Sequence record: OK335775.1
Reading direction: 5' to 3' (one strand)
Source of the DNA: Escherichia phage PSD2002
DNA length: 64,000 nucleotides
The position numbers were made by a program, and so were the translations under genes. The first letter of the stretch is position 1. Every line of letters starts with the position of its first letter. This document shows positions 19,461 through 29,189 of this stretch, one piece after another. The notes under the pieces are model-generated. The model was not told the origin of the DNA. It did not search any database and saw nothing but the letters and a program-made list of their open reading frames with translations.

Positions 19461-20132
19461 ATGGATACTCAATATATTGAAGAGCTTCGTGCACTCGAAG
19501 ATAAAAAAGAAGCTAAAGCTAAGTTAATCGAATACGGCGAACAGTTCGGTTTAAAACTTAAGAAAACCCGTTCGTTTGATAATTTGATTATCGATATCTC
19601 TGAAGGCCTTAAAGCCTTGGCTGACGAACCACTCCCAGAAACCGAAGGGTTGTCCATTTCTGATTTGATTGATGCTGCCGACGAACTTACAGGTGCTAAC
19701 GAATTTGTTGATGGTGCTGAACCAGCTAAAGAAGAAGCCACCCTGTTGTTCGATGCCCCTGAGGCTGCAGTAGAAGTCGTTGAGGTAGCCGAACTTCCTA
19801 AGGTAGAGATTATCGAAGAGGATGTTCCATTTGACGAAGAGAAATTCAAAGGGGCTATAGCCAAGGTTGTTGAATCTGAAAAACCTGTATTCTCTTTACC
19901 TGAAAACTTCAGTCCTAATCTTTTGCTTATCGGTAAGAACCCAGGTTATTGCACCGTTCCTTGGTGGATTTACCAATGGATTTCTGAGACTCCGGATTGG
20001 AAAGAACGTCCAACTGCTTTCCAACATCCTTCTGCCCACCAAACATTATTTAGTCTGATTTATTACATTAATCGTAATGGTTCAGTATTAGTACGTGAAA
20101 CTCGTAACTCATCTTTTGTCACTTTAAAATAA
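19461..20132 (+). CDS. inh: Inh-like protein (inhibitor of prohead protease), by position
   Basis: 223 aa (T4 Inh about 226 aa); located between uvsW and hoc as in T4; no diagnostic motif recognised. Confidence 0.5.
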   Translation: MDTQYIEELRALEDKKEAKAKLIEYGEQFGLKLKKTRSFDNLIIDISEGLKALADEPLPETEGLSISDLIDAADELTGANEFVDGAEPAKEEATLLFDAPEAAVEVVEVAELPKVEIIEEDVPFDEEKFKGAIAKVVESEKPVFSLPENFSPNLLLIGKNPGYCTVPWWIYQWISETPDWKERPTAFQHPSAHQTLFSLIYYINRNGSVLVRETRNSSFVTLK

Positions 20133-20141
20133 GGGTTTATT

Positions 20142-20990
20142 ATGGCTTATACCGTAGATATGGCTCCTTTGGCGGCTACGGCCGTTATTGGAGCAACAAC
20201 CAATTTCACTGCGACCGGTTCCGGTGCTGCAGCTGAAGGTACCGAATCATTTGTCTGGACCGTTGATGGCGTTCCTCAATCTTCTGTGACTGCTGCAATG
20301 GATTATGTTGCTGTTGGCCCGGCAGGCAGCAAGACTATTAAAGTTGTTGCAACAACTACACCGGCGGACGGCGAACCAGAAACAGCTGAAGCCGAAACAA
20401 CTTTAACTATCCAGAATAAAACCATTTCCGGTGTTTCTGTGACATTAACCCCAGCTTCGATTAATGTTCCGGAAGGCACTCCAGCTTCTTTTAAAGCGGA
20501 TGTGGTCGGCGCTCCTGCTGGTGCTACTTTTGCCTATTCTTGGAAGAAAGACGGTTCTCCTGTAGTTGGCACCACGGATACTCTAGCAATCGATACAAGC
20601 ACTGAAGGTTCACAGGTTATTGAAGTTTCTGTTGTGGTTTCGGCGACTGATTATAACCCGGCGACTGTCACAAAAACCGGTAATGTAACAGTCACGGCTA
20701 AAGTCGCACCGGTTCCGGATGGCGAATTACCTTACGTTCATCCACTCCCTGTTCGTAATTCAGCATATATTTGGGTTGGTTGGTGGGTTATGGATGAAAT
20801 CCAGAAAATGACTCTTGAAGGCAAAGACTGGAAAACAGATGACCCGGATAGCCCGTATTATTTGCACCGATATACACTTCAAAAAATGATTACCGACTAT
20901 TCAGAGGTTGATGTACAAGAATCTCGTAATGGCCGAATTATTCATCGCACCGCTTTAGAAGCTGGTATTATATACGATTACATTTATTAA
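20142..20990 (+). CDS. hoc: Hoc outer capsid protein (Ig-like domains + capsid-binding domain)
   Basis: C-terminal half (SWKKDGSPV...YNPATVTKTGNVTVTAKVAP...GWWVMDEIQKMT...) closely resembles T4 Hoc; 282 aa versus 376 aa in T4. Confidence 0.85.
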   Translation: MAYTVDMAPLAATAVIGATTNFTATGSGAAAEGTESFVWTVDGVPQSSVTAAMDYVAVGPAGSKTIKVVATTTPADGEPETAEAETTLTIQNKTISGVSVTLTPASINVPEGTPASFKADVVGAPAGATFAYSWKKDGSPVVGTTDTLAIDTSTEGSQVIEVSVVVSATDYNPATVTKTGNVTVTAKVAPVPDGELPYVHPLPVRNSAYIWVGWWVMDEIQKMTLEGKDWKTDDPDSPYYLHRYTLQKMITDYSEVDVQESRNGRIIHRTALEAGIIYDYIY

Positions 20991-20992
20991 TA

Positions 20993-21014
20993 ATGGGCCT
21001 TGCGGCCCATTTTG
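20993..21014 (+). terminator. stem-loop ATGGGCC-TTGC-GGCCCAT + T-run
   Basis: Perfect 7-bp stem with tetraloop, followed by TTTT. Confidence 0.55.
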
Positions 21015-21093
21015 CATTAAAGTACAAAATTCCTGTTTACAAGTTAAAAATTCTATGTTAAGATGGGTTTACCAACTCAACGAGAGAATTGTT

Positions 21094-21303
21094 ATGGATA
21101 AGGTTAAAGTACATTTTTTACACGAATCTGGGTTGAATTTTATAGAAATTGCTAAAAAAATGGGCGGGACCGCTAAGGACATGGCCAAAGCATGGGTTGA
21201 TGTAGAACAAGCCAAGGCCAAATTTAAAGCGAAAGAAAAGGTTGTTTATCGTAAAAGATTGAACAACAAGGTTCGGCGCAAAGCGCGTTCTAGTTCAAAG
21301 TAA
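21094..21303 (+). CDS. small basic protein with predicted helix-turn-helix
   Basis: Track ORF 21055..21303 trimmed to ATG with GAGAGAA RBS; basic C-terminal tail; candidate early promoter (GTTTACA, TAAGAT) upstream. Confidence 0.45.
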   Translation: MDKVKVHFLHESGLNFIEIAKKMGGTAKDMAKAWVDVEQAKAKFKAKEKVVYRKRLNNKVRRKARSSSK

Positions 21304-21417
21304 TATGCTTTAAATTTAGGTGTGATATAATGGGTCTAGGTCCTTCCGTTAAACCATTTGGCTTGGTGACAGAAGACTACTAGCTCTTCTATTTAATTAT
21401 ATTTATTATGGTGATTT

Positions 21418-22425
21418 ATGTTCAAGAAATATAGCAGTCTCGAAAACCACTACAACAGTAAGTTTATCGAAAAACTCCGTACTAACGGTTTGACTGGTGG
21501 TGAATGGGTAGCACGTGAGAAGATTCATGGAACCAACTTTAGTTTAATCATAGAACGTGACGCAGTCACATGCGCCAAGCGCACTGGCCCTATCCTCCCT
21601 GCTGAAGATTTCTATGGTTATGAAATTTTACTTAAGAACTATGCTGATTCTATTAAATCTGTTCAACATCTAATCGAATCGATTAATTACCAGTCATATC
21701 AGATTTACGGCGAATTCGCTGGGCCAGGTATCCAGAAGAATGTGGACTATGGTGATAAAGACTTTTATGTGTTCGATATCCGAGTTACTAAAGAAGATGG
21801 CTCAGAATCTGTTCTAACCGATACATTGATGGAAGCCTTCTGTATTATCCATAAGTTTAAGGTAGCTCCATGTCTGGCCACTGGTAGCTTTGAAGACCTT
21901 ATTAAACTTCCTAATGATTTTGATTCAGTTGTTCCTGATTATAATTTTGCAGTGGATAACGCAGGCTTAACTATTGCAAACTCAACCGATTTTATTCCTA
22001 AGGTAGAAGGTAAGGTATTCACGGCTGAAGGCTTTGTATTGAAACCTGATGTTCCTACCTGGCTTCCAAACGGAAATCGTGTGGCGATTAAATGTAAGAA
22101 CTCTAAATTCAGCGAGAAGAAAAAGTCTGATAAGCCTATTAAAGTTGCAGTGGTATTGTCCCAAGACGATATGGATTTGATGTGGCAATTCACCGATTAT
22201 GTGACTGTTAACCGCATTAACAATGTCATCAGTAAGATTGGCGAAGTATCGCCGAAGGATTTCGGAAAGGTGATGGGCTTGACAGTCCAGGATATCCTTG
22301 AAGAAGCCGCCCGTGAAGAATTGGAATTAACTGATGCGGAAAATCCCGTTGAAGTTAAAAAGCAGCTCGTTGAGTGCGTAAAAGAAACATTAAGACATGT
22401 ATGGATTGAACTAGTATCCAAATAA
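21418..22425 (+). CDS. rnlB: RNA ligase 2 (RnlB)
   Basis: 335 aa; nucleotidyltransferase motif I EKIHGTNF; sequence closely resembles T4 Rnl2; position adjacent to gene 24. Confidence 0.9.
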   Translation: MFKKYSSLENHYNSKFIEKLRTNGLTGGEWVAREKIHGTNFSLIIERDAVTCAKRTGPILPAEDFYGYEILLKNYADSIKSVQHLIESINYQSYQIYGEFAGPGIQKNVDYGDKDFYVFDIRVTKEDGSESVLTDTLMEAFCIIHKFKVAPCLATGSFEDLIKLPNDFDSVVPDYNFAVDNAGLTIANSTDFIPKVEGKVFTAEGFVLKPDVPTWLPNGNRVAIKCKNSKFSEKKKSDKPIKVAVVLSQDDMDLMWQFTDYVTVNRINNVISKIGEVSPKDFGKVMGLTVQDILEEAAREELELTDAENPVEVKKQLVECVKETLRHVWIELVSK

Positions 22426-22432
22426 ACGATAA

Positions 22433-22454
22433 AGGGACCTTACGGTCCCTTTTA
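22433..22454. terminator. hairpin GGGACC-TTAC-GGTCCC with flanking T-runs, between convergent rnlB and gp24 paralog
   Basis: Perfect 6-bp stem; TTTTATTTTT downstream on +. Confidence 0.5.
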
Positions 22455-23732
22455 TTTTTCTAAAGGCGGTAATTTTACGCCGAGATAAGAACTCAATTGA
22501 CTTTGATTAGCCATTTTGTCCATATCAGAACCATCAATAATGCGGGCTTCTTTATCGTCCTTAGCGACGGTATAAGGGTTTGCAGACAATGCATAACGAG
22601 CAAGCAATGCTACTGTAGGTTGTAAGCTTTCCGGGTCAACAATAACCTTAAATTCACCAACTGAAGTATCACCTTCTTCGTCAACCACATTCAAACCTTC
22701 CGTATAAGGCGCATAATATAAAGATGCGACCGTCTGTCCTTCACCCATCTGGGCATTTACACCAACAATAACATAATCACATGGACTATTCATATCAGCA
22801 TAAAGTGGTAGGCCATTCTTTAATATACCATAAGCCAATTCGTCCTGGTCTTCCTTTTTCTCAACCCAACCAGAGGCGGCGAGAATAGCAGCACAACGAG
22901 AACTAGCTACTGCATAAGTCCCGGCAAAAGAAGTCTGTCGTTGGACGGCAGAGTTCATCTCACACATATAATAATATAATGTGCGAGCACGGTCCTGGGC
23001 ATTATCGTAGCGAGGGTTGGTAAGGTCTAATACACCCTTTTCAGAAACACCCTGGACTTTAAAACGAGAGCTCACGGTAATTAATGACTGTAATACATCC
23101 TTATTAATTTCTTCTGCCATTTGAATGCCTAGCAGATTTTCAACAAAATTAGGAGCATTAAACCCGTTAGATTCTAGGTCTTGGGCTAATTCGACTGTCA
23201 ATGAAGTTTTCAGTTTACGTGATTTAACTTCAGATTGCCATTTGTCGATACGGAATCCGGTTTCAGCAATTTCAGGATGGCCTTGTTCAAATTTAGAAGT
23301 AATAGCAGCATCCGACACCATACGGATATGGCCGGCTGCCACTGCTTCAGAAATAACTTCGCTGAGGTTGGTTTCTGTGGTTCCGGCGAAAGGAGATGCT
23401 TCTAGAACTTTAAACACTACGCTTTCAAACTGGAACATATCACCGACCGCATAAGCTGTAGATGAATCAGTAAATTCTGGAATATTTTCACGTTCCGTCA
23501 TACCAATCTGGCCCGCAAATGTTGCTCCACCAAGATAAGTCATTTTGTCGTCAGGATTCAGTACACGTACCCCATACAGAGCAGCAACCGGTTGATTTGT
23601 TTTTTGTTCAGCAACTAGGGCTTTAAAGATTCGTTTATTAGTTGCTTGGGTGTATGAAAGAAGAGCAGGACGGCCAACCGAGCTGGCAGCCGTCAATGTG
23701 GATTCTTTAATTAGGTCTACAATCTTAGACAT
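22452..23732 (-). CDS. second, diverged gp24-like capsid vertex protein paralog
   Basis: 426 aa; alignable along full length to the adjacent gp24 ortholog, shared blocks KSRKLKT, TVELAQD, EINKDVLQSLITVS, RYALSANPYTVAKDDKEAR. Confidence 0.85.
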   Translation of the reverse strand: MSKIVDLIKESTLTAASSVGRPALLSYTQATNKRIFKALVAEQKTNQPVAALYGVRVLNPDDKMTYLGGATFAGQIGMTERENIPEFTDSSTAYAVGDMFQFESVVFKVLEASPFAGTTETNLSEVISEAVAAGHIRMVSDAAITSKFEQGHPEIAETGFRIDKWQSEVKSRKLKTSLTVELAQDLESNGFNAPNFVENLLGIQMAEEINKDVLQSLITVSSRFKVQGVSEKGVLDLTNPRYDNAQDRARTLYYYMCEMNSAVQRQTSFAGTYAVASSRCAAILAASGWVEKKEDQDELAYGILKNGLPLYADMNSPCDYVIVGVNAQMGEGQTVASLYYAPYTEGLNVVDEEGDTSVGEFKVIVDPESLQPTVALLARYALSANPYTVAKDDKEARIIDGSDMDKMANQSQLSSYLGVKLPPLEK

Positions 23733-25015
23733 TAATCAGCCTCGTAAATAATTGCCGGAAGTTTAACGCCAACCAGATAAGACATATTGCTCTGTCCAGC
23801 CATTAAATCCATATTGGTTGCATCGATAACACGAGCTTCTTTATCGTCTTTAGCCACGGTGTACGGGTTAGCTGATAGTGCATAACGAACCATCAGAGAA
23901 ATAGAAGGTTGTAATGAATCCGGGTCAACAATAACCTTATAAGCACCGACGTGTTCTTGGTCATCTAAATCTAAGCCTTCGGTATAGGGAGCGTAGAAAA
24001 TAGAACCGACAACTTCATTACCGCCGTAATTCTCTTTAACACCAACGGTAACATAATCTAATGGACTGTTAACGTCACAAAACAGAGGCAGACCATTCAA
24101 CAAATATCCGTATGCAGTTTCCGGAAGCCAATTATTATCTTCGGGTTTATGTTTTAACCAGCCAGAACCTGCAAGCATTGCAGCCACACGACTTGAAGCC
24201 ACAACAAACGTGCCAGAATAAGAAGTAGTTTTCTGGATTTCAGAATTCATCTCACAAACGAGTTCATAAAGTTTACGTGCAGATTCAGGAGCACTGTCAT
24301 AAGACAAATCGATGATGCCGTTATCAGATACACCAGTAACTTTATAACGTTTGGATACGGTTATTAGAGATTGCAGAACGTCTTTATTAATTTCATCTGC
24401 CATTACTGTAGCCAAGAGGTCTTCTAAGAACGCCGGCGCGTCAAAGCCATTTGATTCCATATCCTGCGCTAATTCTACAGTCAAAGCCGTCTTCAATTTA
24501 CGGGTCTTAACCGGAGCATTCCATTTATTAACCTGGAATACAGCATCAGAGATTTCTACATCACTCGCTTCAAATTTAGTGGTATGGGCAGCATCAGGAA
24601 CCAGACGACATGTTAATGACACTAAACCTTCTTGAAGAGCATCAGCCAATTCTGTGGCGCTAGTGGACGCGAGTGGGCTTGCTTTAAGAGCCTTATAAAC
24701 CACATTCTGGTACTTGAAATATTCACCCTGAGCAATCGCCTGGGCCTTATCTGTGAGTTCTGGGATAGTTTCACGGTCTTTAGAACCAACTTCACCACCA
24801 TAAGAGGCACCTGTCTGGAAACTAAATTCATTATCAGGGGTAAGATATTTGACACCATACAGTGCAGCAATAGGCTGGCTAGTACGTTGTTCGGCGATAA
24901 TATCACGGTAAATCAATTTGGTTGTAGCACGGGTCAAAGCAACAAGATTAGGGCGACCCAATGAGTTGCTGGAAGTAGTTGTTGACTCGCGCAGTAATTC
25001 GTTAATCTTTGCCAT
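23732..25015 (-). CDS. 24: capsid vertex protein gp24
   Basis: 427 aa; N-terminus MAKINELLRESTTT... and overall sequence closely resemble T4 gp24. Confidence 0.9.
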   Translation of the reverse strand: MAKINELLRESTTTSSNSLGRPNLVALTRATTKLIYRDIIAEQRTSQPIAALYGVKYLTPDNEFSFQTGASYGGEVGSKDRETIPELTDKAQAIAQGEYFKYQNVVYKALKASPLASTSATELADALQEGLVSLTCRLVPDAAHTTKFEASDVEISDAVFQVNKWNAPVKTRKLKTALTVELAQDMESNGFDAPAFLEDLLATVMADEINKDVLQSLITVSKRYKVTGVSDNGIIDLSYDSAPESARKLYELVCEMNSEIQKTTSYSGTFVVASSRVAAMLAGSGWLKHKPEDNNWLPETAYGYLLNGLPLFCDVNSPLDYVTVGVKENYGGNEVVGSIFYAPYTEGLDLDDQEHVGAYKVIVDPDSLQPSISLMVRYALSANPYTVAKDDKEARVIDATNMDLMAGQSNMSYLVGVKLPAIIYEAD

Positions 25016-25043
25016 TGCGCTTTCCTTATTGAGGGTATATGTT

Positions 25044-25051
25044 TATTTATA
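25044..25051 (-). promoter_or_regulatory. late promoter TATAAATA upstream of gene 24
   Basis: Complement of TATTTATA, 28 nt upstream of the gp24 ATG. Confidence 0.5.
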
Positions 25052-25057
25052 AAAGTT

Positions 25058-25090
25058 GTTTACAGCAAGATTCTCACATGTTACTATAGA
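25058..25090 (+). promoter_or_regulatory. early promoter (GTTTACA ... TTACTATAG ... ATCAAAACA)
   Basis: Matches the conserved early-promoter core repeated at 59859, 60427 and 63031. Confidence 0.45.
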
Positions 25091-25116
25091 CATATCAAAA
25101 CATGAGGAGATTAAAA

Positions 25117-25383
25117 ATGAACAAGTTAAACTTTATTCGTACTACTCTTTCCGCTCTTGATAAAGACATCAAAGCTCTGGTAGAAAAATTCGGTAACAAT
25201 CCTAATGGTAATGCAGTGAATGCCTTAGTTAAGAAATACGAAGCCATGGCTTATGCTACCGACTTCTGGTGGAACGGTGAATACTCTACCCATACCAAAG
25301 ACAAATCTGGTAACTGGCTGAAAATCCAAGAAAATCGTATTGACTTCCGTGATATCATCAACCGTCGAGTTAAGATTGCATAG
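25117..25383 (+). CDS. hypothetical protein (88 aa), opposite strand between genes 23 and 24
   Basis: Track ORF 25102..25383 trimmed to ATG 6 nt after GAGGAGA; own early promoter; no recognisable motif. Confidence 0.5.
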   Translation: MNKLNFIRTTLSALDKDIKALVEKFGNNPNGNAVNALVKKYEAMAYATDFWWNGEYSTHTKDKSGNWLKIQENRIDFRDIINRRVKIA

Positions 25384-25396
25384 TACAGAAACAAGA

Positions 25397-25418
25397 ATGG
25401 GAGACCGAAGTCTCCCAT
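25397..25418. terminator. perfect 9-bp hairpin ATGGGAGAC-CGAA-GTCTCCCAT between convergent genes
   Basis: Stem-loop seen directly; T-rich tract follows on the reverse strand after gene 23. Confidence 0.45.
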
Positions 25419-25432
25419 AATAAGGTTATATC

Positions 25433-26992
25433 TTAGATACCTTTAACATATACACGACGGAAGTAACCATTCAGACCAAGGCTGTTAACGATGTCAGGCA
25501 TACCGCTCTGAATACGTTTGGTAGGAGCCTGTGCAGACGGGTCAGCGAACGGGTTGATACCGATACCGTAACGAGTTTTGAAGCCCATTACCGGTTGGAA
25601 GTTCTTCGGATCGGAACCACGCAGCGGGGTCAGTGCAACGTATGGAGCATAGTAGATACCTGCGTCCATTTCGTTAGCGCCTTTATAACCGATGGTGAAG
25701 TAATCGGAACGTGCATACTGGTCGATGTAAACGCGATATTTACCACCAAGAACACCGGCAAATACTGCTTTGGTTGTGTCAACGTTGAAACCTTGACCCA
25801 GACCTTGAGCTGCATAACTTACAGAAGTATCAACTGCAGCCAGTACGTTAACTACGTTACGGGAAGCGATGATGAAGTTACCAGCACCACGACCGGTCTG
25901 ACGAGCGATTTCGGCTGCTTCTTTATCAATCTGGAACAGAAGGGCTTTAAAGCTCTCACCGGCCCAACGAGCACCACGGATATCAATCGGGTCCTGGAAG
26001 TCAAACACACCAGCTTTAGCGCCAACGGTGTTGGTCATACCAGATTTACCAACCTGTGCAGAGTAGTTAATCCAATCGATAACTTCACGGTTGATTTCGA
26101 GCATAATTTCGGTAGCAAGGATACCGGACAGTTCAGCATCTGCATCCATACCGTGTACTGCACGAAGGTCCTGTGCCAGTTCGATAGAGTAGCTTGCTTT
26201 CAGCTGACGGGATTTAGCTTCGATAACTTGTTTGTCGATGCGGAAGCCCATTTCGTTCCACGGGTTATCGGTAGAACCGTTAAAGCCTTCCTGAAGTTCG
26301 GCGATAGAAGTAGCCATACCTTCAGCCAATTCAGCCAACTTACCAGCTTCAATCAAAGCGGTAACAGCAACATCCAGTTTAGCGGCATCAGTAGCAGCAG
26401 CATCAACGGTTACGGCTTCGACAGCCTGGAAGTGTGCAGCACCGGTAGCTTCGAAGAAGTGAGAATAAATTTTACCAACTTCCAGAACTTTGCTTGCAGC
26501 CAGTGCTTCGAAAGTTTCAGCAGCACCCTGACCAGAGAACATAGCGTCTGGAGAATACATCGGATGGAAAGCTTCTTTAGCGCCAGAAGCGATAGGGTCT
26601 TTACCATAAACTGCACGAAGGGCAAATACCTGGCCGGTAGGGTTATTCAGAGGCTGAACACCACAAATATCAAAAGCAATCAGATGAGGAATAGCACGAC
26701 GAACCATACCCATTACTGCCGGCCCAATCTGAGTTACAGCACCAGAAGTCTGGCCAGCTGCGATATTGGTAGCATCATAACCGTGGTCACCACCAATTTC
26801 AGCTTCGGTCAGGAAAGAACCAAATGCTTCAGAGATTTTTTCATCACGATATTCCGGAGCAGTCAGGATGTCTTGTTCCTGGTTTTCGAAAATTTTAGCG
26901 ATGATAGCTTGTTTAGAAGCACCCACGATTTCAGGAAGGGCTTCGTTTTCCAGCAGAGCGGACCATTTTTGAACTAATGCATTCTTTTTCAT
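25433..26992 (-). CDS. 23: major capsid protein gp23
   Basis: 519 aa; near-colinear with T4 gp23 as recalled (QAIIAKIFENQE...GSFLTEAEIGGDHGY...YYAPYVALTPLRGSDPKNFQPVMGFKTRYGIGINPF). Confidence 0.95.
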   Translation of the reverse strand: MKKNALVQKWSALLENEALPEIVGASKQAIIAKIFENQEQDILTAPEYRDEKISEAFGSFLTEAEIGGDHGYDATNIAAGQTSGAVTQIGPAVMGMVRRAIPHLIAFDICGVQPLNNPTGQVFALRAVYGKDPIASGAKEAFHPMYSPDAMFSGQGAAETFEALAASKVLEVGKIYSHFFEATGAAHFQAVEAVTVDAAATDAAKLDVAVTALIEAGKLAELAEGMATSIAELQEGFNGSTDNPWNEMGFRIDKQVIEAKSRQLKASYSIELAQDLRAVHGMDADAELSGILATEIMLEINREVIDWINYSAQVGKSGMTNTVGAKAGVFDFQDPIDIRGARWAGESFKALLFQIDKEAAEIARQTGRGAGNFIIASRNVVNVLAAVDTSVSYAAQGLGQGFNVDTTKAVFAGVLGGKYRVYIDQYARSDYFTIGYKGANEMDAGIYYAPYVALTPLRGSDPKNFQPVMGFKTRYGIGINPFADPSAQAPTKRIQSGMPDIVNSLGLNGYFRRVYVKGI

Positions 26993-27013
26993 GTGTTGTA
27001 TAACCTTATTAAA

Positions 27014-27829
27014 TTAAGAAATTCGTGATGCTGCGATTGCAGACAGGTCCGCGAAGGACAGGGTAGGCTTAGCGCCTTTTTCTTCAACTGCTTCTGAAAT
27101 GTAATTCAGTGCCGCAGCATCGTCTACATTTTTATTTATAGCGGCTTCGGTGATTGGGTTTCCAACGTCAGACTGACCTTTAACCATTTCAACAATAGCG
27201 CCAATTTTTTTACCGAATGCATCGGAATAATCCATGCCTTCTACCAGAGAACTGACTTTTTCTTTTTGAGATTCGGTCAGGTCTTTAGTTGCTTCCGTAA
27301 CAGCAACTTCACGCTGTACGTAATTAATATACGCATCGCGCATACCAACTTCTTCGAACAGACGAGCGGTTTCATCTTTCTGCTCTTGGAGCTCTTCTTC
27401 CATTTCAGCAACAACATCTACTGCTTCTTCTGGAACAACCACATTGTGTTCAACAAACAGTTCTTTCATACCCATCAACATGGATTCGAAAAGTTCGGCT
27501 TTAATACCTTTATCAACAGCCAGCTGGTTTTCAGCCATCCATTCTTTAGCAACGTGGTCAAGGAAACGACCTGCAGCTTCTTGGATTTTCTTATCGGCTT
27601 TTTCTTCAGCTTCTTCTTTATTTTTCTCGACTTCTTCTTCCGCTTTTTCAGCGATTTTAGCGATGTGAGATTCAGCCAGTTTCACGGCGTGTTGCTTGAC
27701 GGTAGCTTCGAATACAGTGCCGAAAGTTTCTTTTGCTTCCGGAGAAATATTAACTGATTCGAAAATACTATCAAGAGCAACGGAAGCATCAATATTCTGT
27801 GCTTCGGCAATCAGTTGTTCTTTAAGCAT
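27014..27829 (-). CDS. 22: prohead core scaffold protein gp22
   Basis: 271 aa; acidic coiled-coil; N-terminus MLKEQLIAEAQ resembles T4 gp22; late promoter TATAAATA (complement of 27857-27864) upstream. Confidence 0.85.
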   Translation of the reverse strand: MLKEQLIAEAQNIDASVALDSIFESVNISPEAKETFGTVFEATVKQHAVKLAESHIAKIAEKAEEEVEKNKEEAEEKADKKIQEAAGRFLDHVAKEWMAENQLAVDKGIKAELFESMLMGMKELFVEHNVVVPEEAVDVVAEMEEELQEQKDETARLFEEVGMRDAYINYVQREVAVTEATKDLTESQKEKVSSLVEGMDYSDAFGKKIGAIVEMVKGQSDVGNPITEAAINKNVDDAAALNYISEAVEEKGAKPTLSFADLSAIAASRIS

Positions 27830-27859
27830 TTTGTAGTCCTGTTGTTTAGATAATAATAT

Positions 27860-28495
27860 TTATAACGCTTTTTTCATGGCCTCTGCGAGAGCCATAAAGG
27901 CGTCATCGGCACTGGTATCGGTATCTACCGTTTGTGATTCTGTAATTTGCTTTGGAGTTACATAAGCATCAGGAGCAGATGGTCCCCATACTGCATCAAC
28001 ACCGACGGTTAATTTATAACCTTCGTTTACACGCTTATATCCTTTGTTGGTTTCGGTTAAAGAACCAAGACCACGAGAACTAACACCAGGAACCCAACCA
28101 GCACGGATATTTGCAGCTAGTTTATCACCCGGACCATGGTCACCTTCGATGATACGTGCACGTCCATAAACATCATTACCTTTCCACCACATATCTTCAA
28201 TAATGATAGCGGCTTGCATAGGGTCAACGTTAGCACGAGGTGGATGGTTTAATTCTCCTAAAGCTTGTTTAGTAGCAACCTGTTCTGCCATATAATCAGA
28301 AACGGCTTTTTCCAAAATAGGTTTTGGGTAAAGGCGTTTATTACGGTTAACTACCTCTGCTTGCATGAAAATGCCTTCTATATAAAGGCCGGGAGCAAGC
28401 CCAGAATTTTTTCCATCATGAGATTCCAACATAGGAACCCCATCGATAATTTCACCTGGTTGTCCCCAATGTTCGATGAGCAATTCAGGTTTCAT
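27860..28495 (-). CDS. 21: prohead protease gp21
   Basis: 211 aa (T4 gp21 212 aa); synteny 68-21-22. Confidence 0.85.
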   Translation of the reverse strand: MKPELLIEHWGQPGEIIDGVPMLESHDGKNSGLAPGLYIEGIFMQAEVVNRNKRLYPKPILEKAVSDYMAEQVATKQALGELNHPPRANVDPMQAAIIIEDMWWKGNDVYGRARIIEGDHGPGDKLAANIRAGWVPGVSSRGLGSLTETNKGYKRVNEGYKLTVGVDAVWGPSAPDAYVTPKQITESQTVDTDTSADDAFMALAEAMKKAL

Positions 28496-28923
28496 TAGTT
28501 AAGTCCAAAAGCTTTACGTTTAGAACGGGCTTTCTTACGCTTACGTTCGGCACGTACTTGAGTAGACGGGTTAGCACGTTTGGTTTTAGATGCTTTACGA
28601 GCAATCTGACGGCGTTTTGCTTTAGATAAACCTGTCGTTTGGAATGCGTTACGTTGACGGGTTTTAATATCTTTAGTACGAGTAAGCTCACCTTTAGAGG
28701 AAACGTGTTTAACGATAAATTCGTTAAGAGCCATTGATTCATTTAAAGAACCAAGAGCGATAGCACAATCGATATCGCCTTCAGCAATCATGTTCTCTAC
28801 AAGATTATTTATATCGCTTTTCTCGAGCGCTTCAGAAAGAGCAGCAAAACGTCCCTGTGCTTCTGGAATTTTGGCCTCTACGCTTTCTAGAGTTAATTCG
28901 TAATCATCAGGGATAAGGAACAT
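28495..28923 (-). CDS. 68: prohead core protein gp68
   Basis: 142 aa (T4 141 aa); basic C-terminus; synteny. Confidence 0.6.
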   Translation of the reverse strand: MFLIPDDYELTLESVEAKIPEAQGRFAALSEALEKSDINNLVENMIAEGDIDCAIALGSLNESMALNEFIVKHVSSKGELTRTKDIKTRQRNAFQTTGLSKAKRRQIARKASKTKRANPSTQVRAERKRKKARSKRKAFGLN

Positions 28924-29189
28924 TATTCATCGTCCTCGTCTTTGCCATCATCACCTTCGTCCGCATCGTCAGATTCTTTTTTGTCTTTCTTATCTGCTTT
29001 ATCGGATTTTTTGTCATCTTCGTCTTCGTCATCTTCGTCGGCTTCTTCGCCTTCAATCATAACGGAGCGAGCAATTTCTGCTTTACGGGCTTCAATCAAA
29101 GCGGCTACTCGAGATTCGATAAGCGGGGCTGCTGCTTTACGAACTGCTACGAGGTCGTTTGATTTAATAGCTTCGATTAAATCTTCCAT
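28923..29189 (-). CDS. 67: prohead core protein gp67
   Basis: 88 aa; highly acidic C-terminus; synteny. Confidence 0.6.
   Translation of the reverse strand: MEDLIEAIKSNDLVAVRKAAAPLIESRVAALIEARKAEIARSVMIEGEEADEDDEDEDDKKSDKADKKDKKESDDADEGDDGKDEDDE

Noticed and set aside
25595-26977. 460-aa + strand ORF antisense to the major capsid gene 23
   Set aside because: Lies entirely inside gene 23, which closely matches T4 gp23; translation is low-complexity with no start context; typical antisense artefact
27133-27140. TATAAATA-like box inside gene 22 coding sequence
   Set aside because: Could be the gene 23 late promoter but lies about 140 nt upstream within coding sequence; not distinguishable from a chance AT-rich match without transcript mapping
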